Both the position numbers and the translations under genes were made by a program. From Azolla caroliniana (taxonomy: Eukaryota; Plantae; Polypodiophyta), in NCBI GenBank assembly GCA_043228905.1, contig JBHGNT010000618.1:1-19055 (forward strand): a DNA stretch of 19,055 nt, given 5' to 3'. Every line of letters starts with the position of its first letter. The stretch's first letter is position 1. Under the pieces are notes generated by a model. It did no database searches. It had not been told where the DNA came from and was given only the letters and a program-made list of their open reading frames with translations. This document shows, piece after piece, positions 1 through 10,283 of this stretch.

Positions 1-664
1 ACACCTATCTAGACATCAAGAAAAGGAAATAACAATGGAAAGCATAAGCTTTGTAATGAGACACTAAATACTATGTTAGTTATAAAATTATGTCCATTTC
101 GTTGCCTTTGGTGGTCATGATTTACCTAATCATAACCGCTAAAGGTAGGTATCCCTAAAGTGGGTGGGGTAGTAATTATGAGGTTATATAGTATTGGACA
201 ATGAGGTGATAATGATACATAAGATATTGACAAGGCTTTTAGTTTGCTCCACATATTTCAAACCACAATTGAGAAGTTTTGGAGACCATGAGCAACCTTG
301 ATGGATAACATATGGTATATTATGAACATATCAAAAGCTCATCTTCACTCAAAGTAAAACAATATCCTCTGGTAAATTTTTTTATTCCATAAATAAACAA
401 ACAAACAAACACATTATTTTATGGCTAGTTGAACAACAACATATGTGATGGCATAATTTTGATGTAAAAAATAATTATGCAACTAACTTAGCTCAGCAAC
501 ACTGTGTGCAATGCTATCGATGCATTCAATTTCAAAGATCGATTAATAACAACTCATACATTCATCAAAATTATAGGATGCTCTTCACAAATCAAAGTAA
601 TCTATCAAAATCCATTCCACGTTACGTTGAATGTGGACTCAATCAATGTATCTAAGTTTGCCTC

Positions 665-716
665 GTGGTCTAAATTCTTCTTGTAATCTAGTGGTCTAAA
701 TTCTTCTTGTAATCTA
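665..716. repeat. Perfect 26-bp tandem duplication
   Basis: GTGGTCTAAATTCTTCTTGTAATCTA occurs at 665-690 and 691-716. Confidence 0.95.
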
Positions 717-1122
717 GAGATAGAGAGGAAAGGCACATTAATATAGAAAAAACACTTAATGAGCATGCAATTCTGTGTCCATTATACATCAAGCATTAAA
801 ATAATGAATGAAACTCATCACACATACATAATTTAGTATGAAAAGAATAAATGATCACTTAGAGACATACAACAAATCCATCAACTTTCCTATTTAAGTG
901 AAAAAAGTTACAACATGTAATGTACCTACATTGCTTTGCCCATTAATCAATGATCATTCTCTTTAAGGTTCGTAGGATACACCCATAAAAGCATACAATA
1001 CACCAACATCCCCCATAATTGAGGAATTTGGGGGTCTCATCACTAGATGTCTTGCTTGAAAACCTTTATTGTAAATTAAAACTAAAACTAAAAGAACTGA
1101 ATGTATTTGAACAATGTAAGGA

Positions 1123-2604
1123 TCAATAGTCCCATAACAACAAGTCTTGGTATACTGTACATCCCTCATCAAATCCATTTCCATAAGATGGACATCCATT
1201 GATCTCATAGCTATTTAATGCATATTCAGTCACAGAAATGATCTCCCTAGACACAACACTCATGCTCTCTGGTATGATGAGTTGATCAAACACATGCCAA
1301 CAATGGTGTTCTTCCGGCGCCAGTGATGCCATACCGCCCCCAAAGCCGTCGATGATGAATGTGTCAGGATGTTCATGACAATGTAATATGCTTGATGTCA
1401 CCATGCCATCATGGCAAGATCTAGTTTCACCATCATTGTCCAACTTGTTTGATGTCATTGGGCAAGATATTGTTGATGGGTCGTCATGATTTTTGGTTTC
1501 TAGTGTTAATACATGCATGGTATCATGTGTACTACTACTACTACTACTACAATTACTAACAATGGATGTATCACAGCTAACATCATGTGCACTACTAACA
1601 TCATTGGATGATGGGTCATCTAGAGTGAAGCCATTAAGGGATGCAGCTGCTTTAGCGGCTGCCTGGATGTCTCTCGGGGCAGTCGAGGTAGGACGAGGAA
1701 GAATGTTGATGAGGCCAGGGAAATTGAGTTGAGCTTGTTTCCCTTTAAGGAAATGGGCAGCCACATCATAAGCGCGAGCCGCCATCTCGGGTCTAGGGTA
1801 AGAGCCAAGCCAAATGCGGGTTTTCTTGCGTGGCTCTCGGATCTCGGATACCCATTTGCCCCAACTCCTCTTCCTCACACCATGATATACGAAACCCGTG
1901 TCGGTCGATTGTGGGTCAATTGTATTGTTGCTCTCTTTTGGCAATAATCGATTAGCATCACATTCATTGGGAGCATTTAAATTTGAGGAGGATGAGGCCA
2001 TTGCCATGAGCAATGATGATACTCCCAAGCTCGCCGATTGAATCTCCGGTCTCTCCCTTGTTGTAGACAATGATGTCAACAAGTTAAGCTGTGTTTTCAC
2101 TGATGTTGGTGATGAGATTGGAGTTCCTATGTAGGAAGTTGATGAAGAACCATGAATCATGGAATTAAAGGAGCCTTCATTAGCCTCATACTCATATAAA
2201 ACACAATGGCTAGATGGAGCTACAATTTTAGTGGGTGTGTATGTATCATATGCATCACATTCATTGAGAGCATTTAGGTCTGAGGAGGAGGAGGATGCCA
2301 TTGCCATGAGCAATGATGATATTCCCAAGTTCACCGATTGAATCTCCGGTTTCTCCCTTGTTTTATACAATGATGTCAACAAGTTCAGCCGTGTTTTCGC
2401 TGATCTTGGTGATGAGATTGGAGTTCCTATGTAGGATGTTGATGAAGAACCATGAATCATGGAATGAAAGGAGCCTTCATTAGCCTCATAGTCATAAACA
2501 CAATGGCTAGATGGAGCTACAATTTTAGTGGGTGTGTATGTATCATATGCATCACATTCATTGAGAGCATTTAAGTCTGAGGAGGAGGAGGATGCCATTG
2601 CCAT
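1123..2604 (-). CDS. AP2/ERF transcription factor, DREB subfamily (group III / A-4, TINY-like), intronless, with a tandemly repeated N-terminal extension
   Basis: AP2 domain [57 protein letters not shown] at ~1717-1887, with the DREB-diagnostic V14/E19. It is followed by the [13 protein letters not shown] motif and a C-terminal LLWDY; stop TGA at 1123-1125. The ORF-track start (2697) is GTG. The first in-frame ATG is 2604, with equivalent ATGs at 2307 and 2007, so the true start is uncertain. Confidence 0.9.
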   Translation of the reverse strand: MAMASSSSSDLNALNECDAYDTYTPTKIVAPSSHCVYDYEANEGSFHSMIHGSSSTSYIGTPISSPRSAKTRLNLLTSLYKTREKPEIQSVNLGISSLLMAMASSSSSDLNALNECDAYDTYTPTKIVAPSSHCVLYEYEANEGSFNSMIHGSSSTSYIGTPISSPTSVKTQLNLLTSLSTTRERPEIQSASLGVSSLLMAMASSSSNLNAPNECDANRLLPKESNNTIDPQSTDTGFVYHGVRKRSWGKWVSEIREPRKKTRIWLGSYPRPEMAARAYDVAAHFLKGKQAQLNFPGLINILPRPTSTAPRDIQAAAKAAASLNGFTLDDPSSNDVSSAHDVSCDTSIVSNCSSSSSSTHDTMHVLTLETKNHDDPSTISCPMTSNKLDNDGETRSCHDGMVTSSILHCHEHPDTFIIDGFGGGMASLAPEEHHCWHVFDQLIIPESMSVVSREIISVTEYALNSYEINGCPSYGNGFDEGCTVYQDLLLWDY

Positions 2605-2851
2605 GGGTAATGATGATACTCCCAAGTTTGCCGATTGAATCTCCGGTCTCTCGCTTGTTGTAGACAATGATGTCAACAAATTCAGCTGTATTTTCACTGA
2701 TGTTGGTGATGAGATTGGAGTTCACATGTAGAATGTTGAGGAACAACCATGAATCATGGAATTAAAGGAGCCTTCATTAGCCTCATACTCATATAAAACA
2801 CAATGGCTAGATGGAGCTACAATTTAGTGAGTGTATACGTATCACATGCAT
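1955..2851. repeat. Three tandem copies of a 297-299 bp unit covering the 5' end of the AP2/ERF gene
   Basis: Copies start with GCATCACATTCATTG at 1955, 2252 and 2549. Similarity ends at GCAT 2848-2851. The protein repeat [16 protein letters not shown] / [17 protein letters not shown] is visible in the ORF. Confidence 0.97.
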
Positions 2852-3010
2852 GGTCTATTACAAATAAGGGAGAAGTGCTAGGGCATTAATAAATTAGGGT
2901 GCCAAGGATAAATGCGAACATTTAATGAGCATCAATGATCACAATATCATGACTTTTCTTGGGTTTGAGTGGCTTACTTACATAACCCTTGATGTCTGAA
3001 GAAGGGTAGA

Positions 3011-3018
3011 TATTTATA
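3011..3018 (-). promoter_or_regulatory. Candidate TATA box (TATAAATA) of the AP2/ERF gene
   Basis: TATTTATA on + reads TATAAATA on -, about 160 bp upstream of the repeat array. Motif match only, in AT-rich DNA. Confidence 0.45.
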
Positions 3019-4922
3019 CTCCACACACAACATAAAGGAATTTCCCAATCTAGAAACCCATGTTCCCTTGATCTCTCTTAGTGAAGCAAAGTATTGGACC
3101 TATGTGCACTTTTTGGGTGTTAACAAGAAAGGATCATGCACATTCATGCCAAAGAATGCGTGTCCATATATTGGCCTACCATATTGCAAGTGTGTAAATT
3201 CAGCACATGATCTTGACATGCTTTCTTGGTAAGCCTTCCATCAATTTCTTTAATTCAAACTTTTCATTGCTATTGTCGTTCAAGGACTTTTCTAATAACT
3301 TTGTCTCCTAATTTTTTAGATGATACTATAATGTGTTGGACAATATTAGAGTTTTCATACCAGCAATACGTAAGCTTAGAATGAACTAAATACAATATAT
3401 AATGATGCAACATGAAAAGGTGAGCTTTCAAGTTTCACCAATTCTTGCTAAGATGAAGCTCTATAAAGATTAATTATACTAGACATTTGGATAGGCTTAA
3501 ATGTAAGGGTTCTACTTGTCGTCTTTGACTTTAAACTTTTCGTGTTTATATAATGAGCACATGCACATCAATGAGATCTCATAACTTCACTTTATCAAAG
3601 TTTGCGCCTTAGGTTTGTACTACTTGACCTATGTTTGTGGGACCGAAGAATCTCATTTTCCAAAGGATACAAGTAAGTAAGGATACATCCCACTTAATAA
3701 GTAAGAATTGGTTAAATGTGTGTAGGCATGGTACTGATCATAGCGTGAACCATATGTGCATTCGCATTTGAGTATGTTTTGCTTATTTGAGTATGGTAAA
3801 CAAACTCGAATGTATGGTAAATACTATACTTTTGTATTCATTATTTATTTACCCTTGAAGGACCGAGAGGGCAAAGTAGTGGAGGCAAATTGGTGGAATT
3901 GCACCAGTTCCATTCTATGGTAGTACTACATATGGCTATGGCAAACTGTTACATCTCCATACATACATTCTAGAGCTTTCTTGTGAACGCAAGTTGTAAA
4001 CATCACATGAATATTCGTGGATAATGCAGCAAACCCATCATCATGCGATCCAACCTCACCCCACAGATCAATCACAACAACAACAACAATATTATTAGTA
4101 CTAGTGATAATAATGTTATTATTTTTATTATTAAAGAGATCACACTCGTCTTTTTAAGTAGATGTTTGTCGTGGCCACTAATCACATCCAAATTACTAAT
4201 TGGCTATACATAAATACGTTGATAATTAGCGACTACAAGATACTCTCTTGCTCGGTGTGCTGGTCATGCCCTAATTACTAGAAACTTATCATTTGGAGTT
4301 GTCCTAATCAAGGACAAGGTTCACTGGGTGCTAATTCTATCCTAATTAGGAAAATCATCATGAATTAATCCACGCCTCCATTAGAGAGTGGTAGAGAGGC
4401 GTGGTGAAGGTGGAGGCGTCTAGTTTGACCAACGAATTCATATATAATTCATTTTCTTATTTAATCTTGTATTGTTGATAATAAAATGAAACATGAGTTG
4501 CATTCATGGCTGGTTTTAATCATTATTAGATTGAATTAGTCGTTTTAGTATATGTAGATGTTGAATCTCTAATTGCATATGGTCGGTTTCTCACACACTA
4601 ATATATGAGTACATATAAAATAATGAAATGTCTTTTAAATTGAGAGTGTGCACCAATTTACTTAGGACATTTGTTGAAACTATATAATTGTCTTTTTATG
4701 CCTTGGTTCTTGACAGGCATTGGTAAAATCCTCATTTAGGGCAATACATGGAGGTTTGCAATGGATACGAAAAGTAGTTAAACACTATTGATACTTAGGA
4801 CTAATGAATGATAGATATTAAGGAACACTACTATGTATGTGACATTTTGGTAGATACATATCCTTAACGAGCACAATAACATATCCTTTTGTGTTATATG
4901 GTATACAAAACAACAAAAAGAG

Positions 4923-5200
4923 CTTTTTATGGAATGACGATGAAGATCTCTTTTAATATAGTTTCTTGAATCTTTCAAATGTCACTACGTCTAAATTGCC
5001 CATGATTGGCCTTTATTCCAACTAATACCCTATTTATAAGAGTGGAAATTGATGTGCTATAGAAAACAGAAAAAAACAACTTTTTATGGAATGCCGATGA
5101 AGATCTCTTTTAATATGGCTTATTGCCTCGTTGAGAGGTCACTACTTCTAAGTTGCCTTTGATTGGTCTTTTCTTCAACTAACACCCTACTTTTAAGAGA
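4923..5200. repeat. Diverged two-copy direct repeat, period 157 bp
   Basis: CTTTTTATGGAATG(A/C)CGATGAAGATCTCTTTTAATAT at 4923 and 5080; GTCACTAC.TCTAA.TTGCC...GATTGG at 4981 and 5138. Confidence 0.9.
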
Positions 5201-5636
5201 TTCTACTACTAGACTAACAATTTTATAATGTGCGTTCATCATTATTCAATTAATACTCTATTATTTAGAGACTAGTAGTTTTAAATTGACCATTATTTCC
5301 CCTAGTGTATCCTACTCATGCATTTATCCATTACTTTTTTTCTTCCCAAGCTTATTGTATTTTTCAATGGAAAATTATTGCCTCAAGTATAATATCATGC
5401 GATGATAGTTCTAACTTATTTTATTGTCCCAAGTTTATCCTACTCAAACACCCCAATTTTATTTGCACCACTTGGCATGCAAGACAAATGGCTTTTACAT
5501 TTTGAGGCATATTCCATTCATAACTAGGGTTACAATTCAAGACATTAATAATTGCCAACGCATAACATGATATGAATTGCCAGGAACACCACATGCATAA
5601 TCAACATTATGCTTTTGACAAGGAAATTTAGTAATG

Positions 5637-6020
5637 GCATGGCTTAAAATAGAAACACCAAATGATATGCCCACTTTTGTAGTAGGATGCTACATTCGTC
5701 ATCATGATTCTTAATTTTATGCTTGTTTGGATGACTACCAACTCTTTTTTAATCTAGAAGATTATATTACTTATTTCAAAGCTAAGGGGGAACGTGACAT
5801 GAATGCACAAACAAGAAGTTTGCAACTTGATGCACAACAATCACTCTTCTATTGATGAAAAAGATCCGGGTCGATTTCCAAAGTTACTCCTATAAATGTG
5901 CAAGAGTACTTGATGCTTATTGCAAATTGTGTGTCAGTATGACCCAACATTAGTGGTTATACATGTAGAAAACAAAATGGAAATAGTGTGATTGACTATG
6001 TGCTATGTTCCAAAGGTGTT
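5637..6020 (+). pseudogene. Degenerate non-LTR retrotransposon (LINE) APE-type endonuclease fragment
   Basis: Manual translation across stops and frameshifts gives, in order: AWLKIETPNDMPTFVVGCYIRHHDS*FY, NLEDYITYFKAKGE, DMNAQT (cf. GDFNART) and GYTCRKQNGNSVIDYVLCS (SxIDY motif). Confidence 0.75.
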
Positions 6021-6528
6021 TTGATCAATTCACATACAAGAAAGGTCACACTCACACGACAATCCGAAATGTATTGTTACTTCCGCGATAGAAACCTAGT
6101 GCCAAATTTAGCAGCACCTACGAGCACTCCAAAGTCAACAATTTGAATCCAATCCATCCTCTTTGGTTTAGGTCCTTAGTGGCCCCATTTGCATTTAACA
6201 AGCACATGCGTATTAGCGTGACATTACATCCCTCATGAAGGTCATCATTGAAATCTAATGTTTTGTATGCATTGTTGAATGTCTGAACGTGACACACCAA
6301 GTTGGAAAATATGGTGTTGCTTGTTTGGGAGAGGTTTACTGTATGCATAATGGCCGATGATACAAAACGAAGGATCATATGTGAAAATAGTTGGTTGTAC
6401 CTCAAAGGTAACAATGCTTTGTGAGTGAGGATAATACTATCTTACATCAAAATGCTTGGTGTAAAGCATACAAAGGAAAATTGGAAAATAAGGTTGAGTA
6501 TGTACCCAAAGATGAAACATAGGTAAAT

Positions 6529-6828
6529 TTTCATGAATATTGTCTAAAAAGGATTTGAACCAATGACCTTATGATACACATGTCAAAGCCTTACTATTGA
6601 GATACTTATTATAATACATATATATATTTGTTATCATGATTATTTCAGCTAGGTTCTAAAACTTTTTAGAATAATCTAGAAAATTCAGGAATATCCTAGA
6701 ATATTGTTGAACATTCTAGAAAATCTAGGAATACTCTTGAAGACCCTATAATTGAAAAATTGAATTTCTCAAACCAATTTGGTTCAATGCTAGTGTTAAT
6801 ACTCCAAAAACCTATTTTCTATACTTTG
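6529..6828 (+). mobile_element. Truncated LTR (LTR1) related to the LTR of chromovirus A, cut by the copia C insertion
   Basis: Start TTTCATGAATATTG resembles TGTCATGATATTG (reverse complement from 9033). Shared ATGACCTTATG; AAACCAATTTGGTTCAATGCTAGTGTTAATACTCC resembles GAACCAAATCGGTTCAACGCCACTCTTAAGCCTCC; similar CTAGAA-type repeats. Confidence 0.7.
6551..6604 (-). other. tRNA-like module 1 (Pol III A/B box) at the start of LTR1
   Basis: Minus strand TATCTCAATAGTAAGG...GGTTCAAATCC; A-box to B-box offset 43 nt; no intact acceptor stem. Confidence 0.7.
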
Positions 6829-7397
6829 TGTTGGGAAATCGGTCCCTCCGGATGGGATCTGGATGAGAACTGGAGGAGCCGGATCGGAGGAGCCGGATGA
6901 AGGAACCGGATCCGAAAGGGTTCTAGATGAGACCCGGAAACCGGATCGAGTGAATCTGGATGGATGTGGTGCAAACCGGATCCAAGGACATATGTGTAAA
7001 TATGTTTCATGGTGAGCCCATGGAGGCTATATTTGTAAATAGCCCTAAAGTCATATAAGTATAAATATGACTTAGGGCAATCACTTTATGTAGTGAGGTG
7101 TTGTTGTTGTATATTGTTGTATACACAAAGTGAGATATATATATATATATATATATATACAGAACTAGTTTTCTGTTGTAACCGCCGGTTTGGCGAAGAC
7201 ATAGAACTCGAGGTTGTTGCATCTGAGTCTCACATTGTATTCCTCCTCTCATAGTGATAGTTGGAGTTTGTGGGCTCCCGTAGTTTTTCCCGTTTAGGGT
7301 TTTTTCCACGTAAACATCTTGTGTTATCTCGGTTTTAGTTTGTTCTCTTTTATTCCTTGTTGAAGACTCGGTTGTGGCCGAGCGTTATTTCCGCACA
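6829..7397 (+). repeat. 5' LTR of copia C (~569 bp)
   Basis: Begins TGTTGGG and ends TTCCGCACA just before the PBS. Has a CCGGAT-rich U3, TATAAATA near 7061 and an internal (AT)n tract. The partner LTR is not in the window. Confidence 0.75.
7135..7159. repeat. (AT)12 microsatellite within the copia C LTR
   Basis: Direct reading of the sequence. Confidence 0.95.
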
Positions 7398-7400
7398 AAC

Positions 7401-7412
7401 CGGTATTAGAGT
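7401..7412 (+). other. Degenerate primer-binding site (tRNA-iMet) of copia C
   Basis: CGGTATTAGAGT versus consensus TGGTATCAGAGC, lying between the LTR end and the gag ATG at 7423. Confidence 0.7.
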
Positions 7413-7422
7413 GAACAAGAAA

Positions 7423-8553
7423 ATGGAAGAGTCATTCGGAAGCATGTTCAAGCTCACCGGCTCCAACTACTCAGTGTGGAAGTCGAAGATGAGGGACATG
7501 CTCATGGTCAAAGATCTCTGGTTGCCGATACAGTTCAGGGACAAGAAATTGGATAAAATCAATGCCGCGACATGGGAGGTGATGCACATGAAGACAACAA
7601 CATACATCCGGTGCTTCATCGACATGAGCCTGTACAACAACTTCAATGAAGAAAGTAAGGCTCATGTGCTATGGGAAAAAATCTACATGAGCCGTAAATC
7701 GGGTTTCGATATTCCGGAAGTTAGTGAGACTCCGGTACCAGAATGGATCCAACATGGCAGAGCACATGAATGCATAAATCAAATAACTTGGCTTTAAGTA
7801 CCTTTGGCCGATGAGGTACTTGCATTGCTCTTGCTCGGTTCCCTCCCGGATAGTTGGGAGACGTTGGTTGTCACTTTGGGCAATACCGGGTCGGAAGGAA
7901 AGTTCTTGTCCCTAGCAAGGGTAAAATCAAGCTTGCTCGATGAAGAAGCTCGCCGGAAGGACCGGGAGTCCGAAATAGACCCGAAGGCCTTGGTTGCAGA
8001 AGATGACCATAACTGGGGGAGAAACCGGTACCGGAGTCCTCAGAACCGGGAAAAGTTGGGGACAAGGTCGAAGTCAAAGGGGAGCCCTACTTGCTTCTAT
8101 TGTGGGAAGCCAAGGCACTTCCAGAAAAACTATCCGCATTTCCGGAAAGAGAAAGGAATCGACAGTGCCGATTCGAAGAAGGGTTCAGACTGGAAAGGCT
8201 CGGATCGGAAGGGAACGTTGGCAATCACGACAAGTGAAGAAGAACTACTGATAATTGCCGAGGACAATGAGTTAAACCTTGTCGGTGACGAGACAACGTG
8301 GGTTGTCGATTCCGGAGCGTCGTTCCACCTGACACCGGACCGAAGATTCTTCTCATCCTACACAGTCGGAGATCACAGTTGTGTTCGGATGGGGAATGAA
8401 GGAACCTGTCGAATCATTGACGTAGGAGATGTGTTGTTGACGACATCAACCGGATGCAAGTTGCTGTTGAAGGATGTCCGACACATTCCAGAGGTTTAGT
8501 TGAACCTAATATCAACTGGTCGGCTAGATGATAAAGGCTACACGGGTAGCATC
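7423..8553 (+). pseudogene. Copia gag-protease, frameshifted
   Basis: MFKLTGSNYSVWKSKMRD, LLLLGSLPDSWETLV, zinc knuckle CFYCGKPRHFQKNY (last Cys lost), protease WVVDSGASFH and LKDVRHIP. Broken by frameshifts and stops. Confidence 0.92.
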
Positions 8554-8702
8554 TGTCAGGAGCAGTACTAAGACATAGAAGTATTGTCAGGAACAATACT
8601 AAGACAGAGAATGAATTAGTACTAAAAGATGAGGATTAATACTAAGGGAGGTGTAGAACTCTCGAGAGAAGGAAAGAGTGAGTGAGAGAGAGATATCGAG
8701 AA

Positions 8703-8707
<5 letters not shown>

Positions 8708-8733
<26 letters not shown>
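8708..8733. repeat. (GA)n microsatellite within LTR2
   Basis: Direct reading of the sequence. Confidence 0.95.
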
Positions 8734-8963
8734 ATGATGATATCAAAAGATATATATTATGTTAAGAGAATATACAATAGTAGGTAGGAGGCTTAAGAGT
8801 GGCGTTGAACCGATTTGGTTCAAAATAATGCCTTGTACCTCTTTTGATAGTGTTCTCAGGAGTACTCCTGAAGTTTCTTGAATGTTCTGGAGAAATCTGG
8901 AATATACATCAATTTTCTATAGTAAAACTTAAATGAAAATTATATCCTTTCTATTACAACAAA

Positions 8964-9021
8964 TAGTTTAATGGTCAAGAGCTCGACCCATGTAACATAA
9001 GGTCATGGGTTTGAGTCTTGC
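8964..9021 (+). other. tRNA-like module 2 (Pol III A/B box) at the start of LTR2
   Basis: TAGTTTAATGGTCAAGAGC...GGTTTGAGTCT; A-to-B offset 44 nt. Deviations from TAGCTCAATGG and GGTTCGAGTCC are C>T changes. Confidence 0.7.
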
Positions 9022-9025
9022 AATA

Positions 9026-9544
9026 TCATGACACTATCTCCCCTTTAAAACGACGAGTGTCACGAGTCGTTTTGGATTGAGGACCCGGTTTGTCTGGATA
9101 TTGACGATGGAAGTCTTCAAGAAGAGCACGAGCATTGCTCACATTCTCTATTGGTTCCCAAGTACACTCCCTGGGACTATATCCTAGCCAATCAACTAAA
9201 TAGTAGAGCTTGTTATGAAGAATCTTGGAATCGAGGATGGCGGCAACCTCGTACTCAGGTCCATCTTCAAGTTCGATCGGGGGTGGACGTTGTTTAATAC
9301 CGACCTGGGATGGTGCTGTCTTGATAGGGTTCGAGGAGAGAACTATGAAACACCGGATGTATCCGAAGTTGTGGAGATAGATCGAGATGAAAAATGACAT
9401 CATTAATTTTTCCGATAATACGGAAAGTACCTAATCGCCGATAATCCAACTTCTCGCATGGGTGAGTAGTCTTGATGTGTCGTCGAATTAGCCATACCTG
9501 ATCTCCAATGTTAAAACTGGATGGAAGCCGATGAAGATCCACGT
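9026..9544 (-). pseudogene. Integrase C-terminus and chromodomain of element A (one frameshift)
   Basis: ORFs 9294..9593 and 9026..9403 supply consecutive parts. The stop codon lies a few bases inside the LTR. Confidence 0.9.
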
Positions 9545-9572
9545 TGTCGTGCCTTTCGGCTCCGGATCGTTG

Positions 9573-10283
9573 TGTGACTCTGGTGGGAACCATTGAGGTT
9601 TTGGACTAGGAGAAAGAAGAATTTGAGACAAGTTTATAGTTATGGATAGATTATTAGAAAGAGAGATAGAAACTTGTGAATCCCACAAGTATAATGTATT
9701 AGATTAACCAACATTCAAATAAGAATATGAATTTAGATTGAAAGAGAGATATAAGAAACTTGTGAATCCCACAAGTATAGATTATTAGATTTATTAATAT
9801 TTAGAATCCTAATTACAATTTATCATAGATTGGAAGTGAGAGATATGGAAACCTTCGTGAATCCCACGAATATAATTTATTAATTATAGGTGTTTTAGGA
9901 AATATATCCAATTTCCCAAATATTTCACACACTTATTACATTGTGCTCCCCATCCTTATATAGTGATGAGAGAGTCTTAATAATCCATGCTTTTTCTATA
10001 GATAGACTCTATGCTTTCTCTAACATGCTTTTTCTAAAGTGATCCTACTTTTTCTAACTTGATGTGTTTTGATCGATTATGGTGTTCATGCACGCTACAT
10101 GTGCATGCGTAACTTTTTCTTTTATCATGCATTTTCTTCTAACTAAAGTTTATCCTAGCGTGAACTTACGTTTCTATGTGGGACGTTTACTTTTTTAAAC
10201 TAATGATATGCTAGTGTAATGGTAAGGCTTTATATTATAAACATGGAGGTGCAAGGTTCAAATCTTGCCCTATGCATGTAATA
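9573..10283 (-). mobile_element. Probable solo LTR (LTR3) nested in the gypsy B LTR
   Basis: AT-rich block between GC-rich LTR parts, with a tRNA-like head, TATATAA at ~9956-9962 and pyrimidine-rich downstream repeats. Termini TATTAC...GTCACA are approximate and no TSD was found. Confidence 0.6.
10212..10268 (+). other. tRNA-like module 3 (Pol III A/B box) at the start of LTR3
   Basis: TAGTGTAATGGTAAGGC...GCAAGGTTCAAATCTTGC; A-to-B offset 43 nt; GCAAG/CTTGC stem around the B box. Confidence 0.75.

Larger units (their letters stand above)
6829..8553 (+). mobile_element. Ty1/copia retrotransposon C, 5' part only (LTR, PBS, gag, protease), interrupted by element A
   Basis: TG...CA LTR, degenerate Met-i PBS, gag, zinc knuckle and protease motifs. 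Coding similarity stops at GRLDDKGYTGSI (8553). Confidence 0.9.
8554..9033 (-). repeat. 3' LTR of chromovirus A (LTR2)
   Basis: Starts TGTCATG immediately after the PPT (9034-9046) and ends CCTGACA at 8585 or 8554 (duplicated end), giving TGTCA/TGACA inverted termini. Contains a (CT)n tract. Confidence 0.85.
8554..9544 (-). mobile_element. 3' end of Ty3/gypsy chromovirus A (Tcn1-like): integrase tail, chromodomain, PPT and 3' LTR
   Basis: GPY/F region FNIGDQVWLIRRHIKTTHPCEKLDYRRLGTFRI...IHPVFHSSLLEPY; chromodomain EYEVAAILDS..YYLVDWLGYSPRECTWEP; PPT AAAGGGGAGATAG followed by TGTCA...TGACA. The clade assignment is inference. Confidence 0.9.

Noticed and set aside
963-1208. 81-aa ORF overlapping the 3' end of the AP2/ERF gene, and other short ORFs in 500-5500
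   Set aside because: No recognisable motifs; lengths are compatible with chance.
2605-2697. ORF-track start of the 524-aa protein at 2697
   Set aside because: It is a GTG codon in eukaryotic DNA with an in-frame stop at 2722-2724; the first ATG is at 2604.
2855-2981. Possible 5'UTR intron (GTAAGT donor at 2981, TAG acceptor near 2855, minus strand)
   Set aside because: The donor is only ~30 nt from the candidate TATA box, and such motifs are common in AT-rich DNA; needs transcript data.
6118-6414. 98-aa minus-strand ORF, with a nearby HTKH-like stretch suggesting copia RNase H
   Set aside because: Non-ATG start and no further supporting motifs; too weak to call.
9578-9592. TGGTTCCCACCAGAG on the minus strand as a PBS, making LTR3 a 5' LTR ending at 9594
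   Set aside because: No gag follows; GTCACA and then the ACGACA end of the B LTR come immediately after, so a nested solo LTR is simpler. Not fully excluded.
9660-9880. CRISPR-like array (palindromic repeats with spacers)
   Set aside because: Eukaryotic LTR context, only three units, spacers partly similar to each other, and no cas genes.
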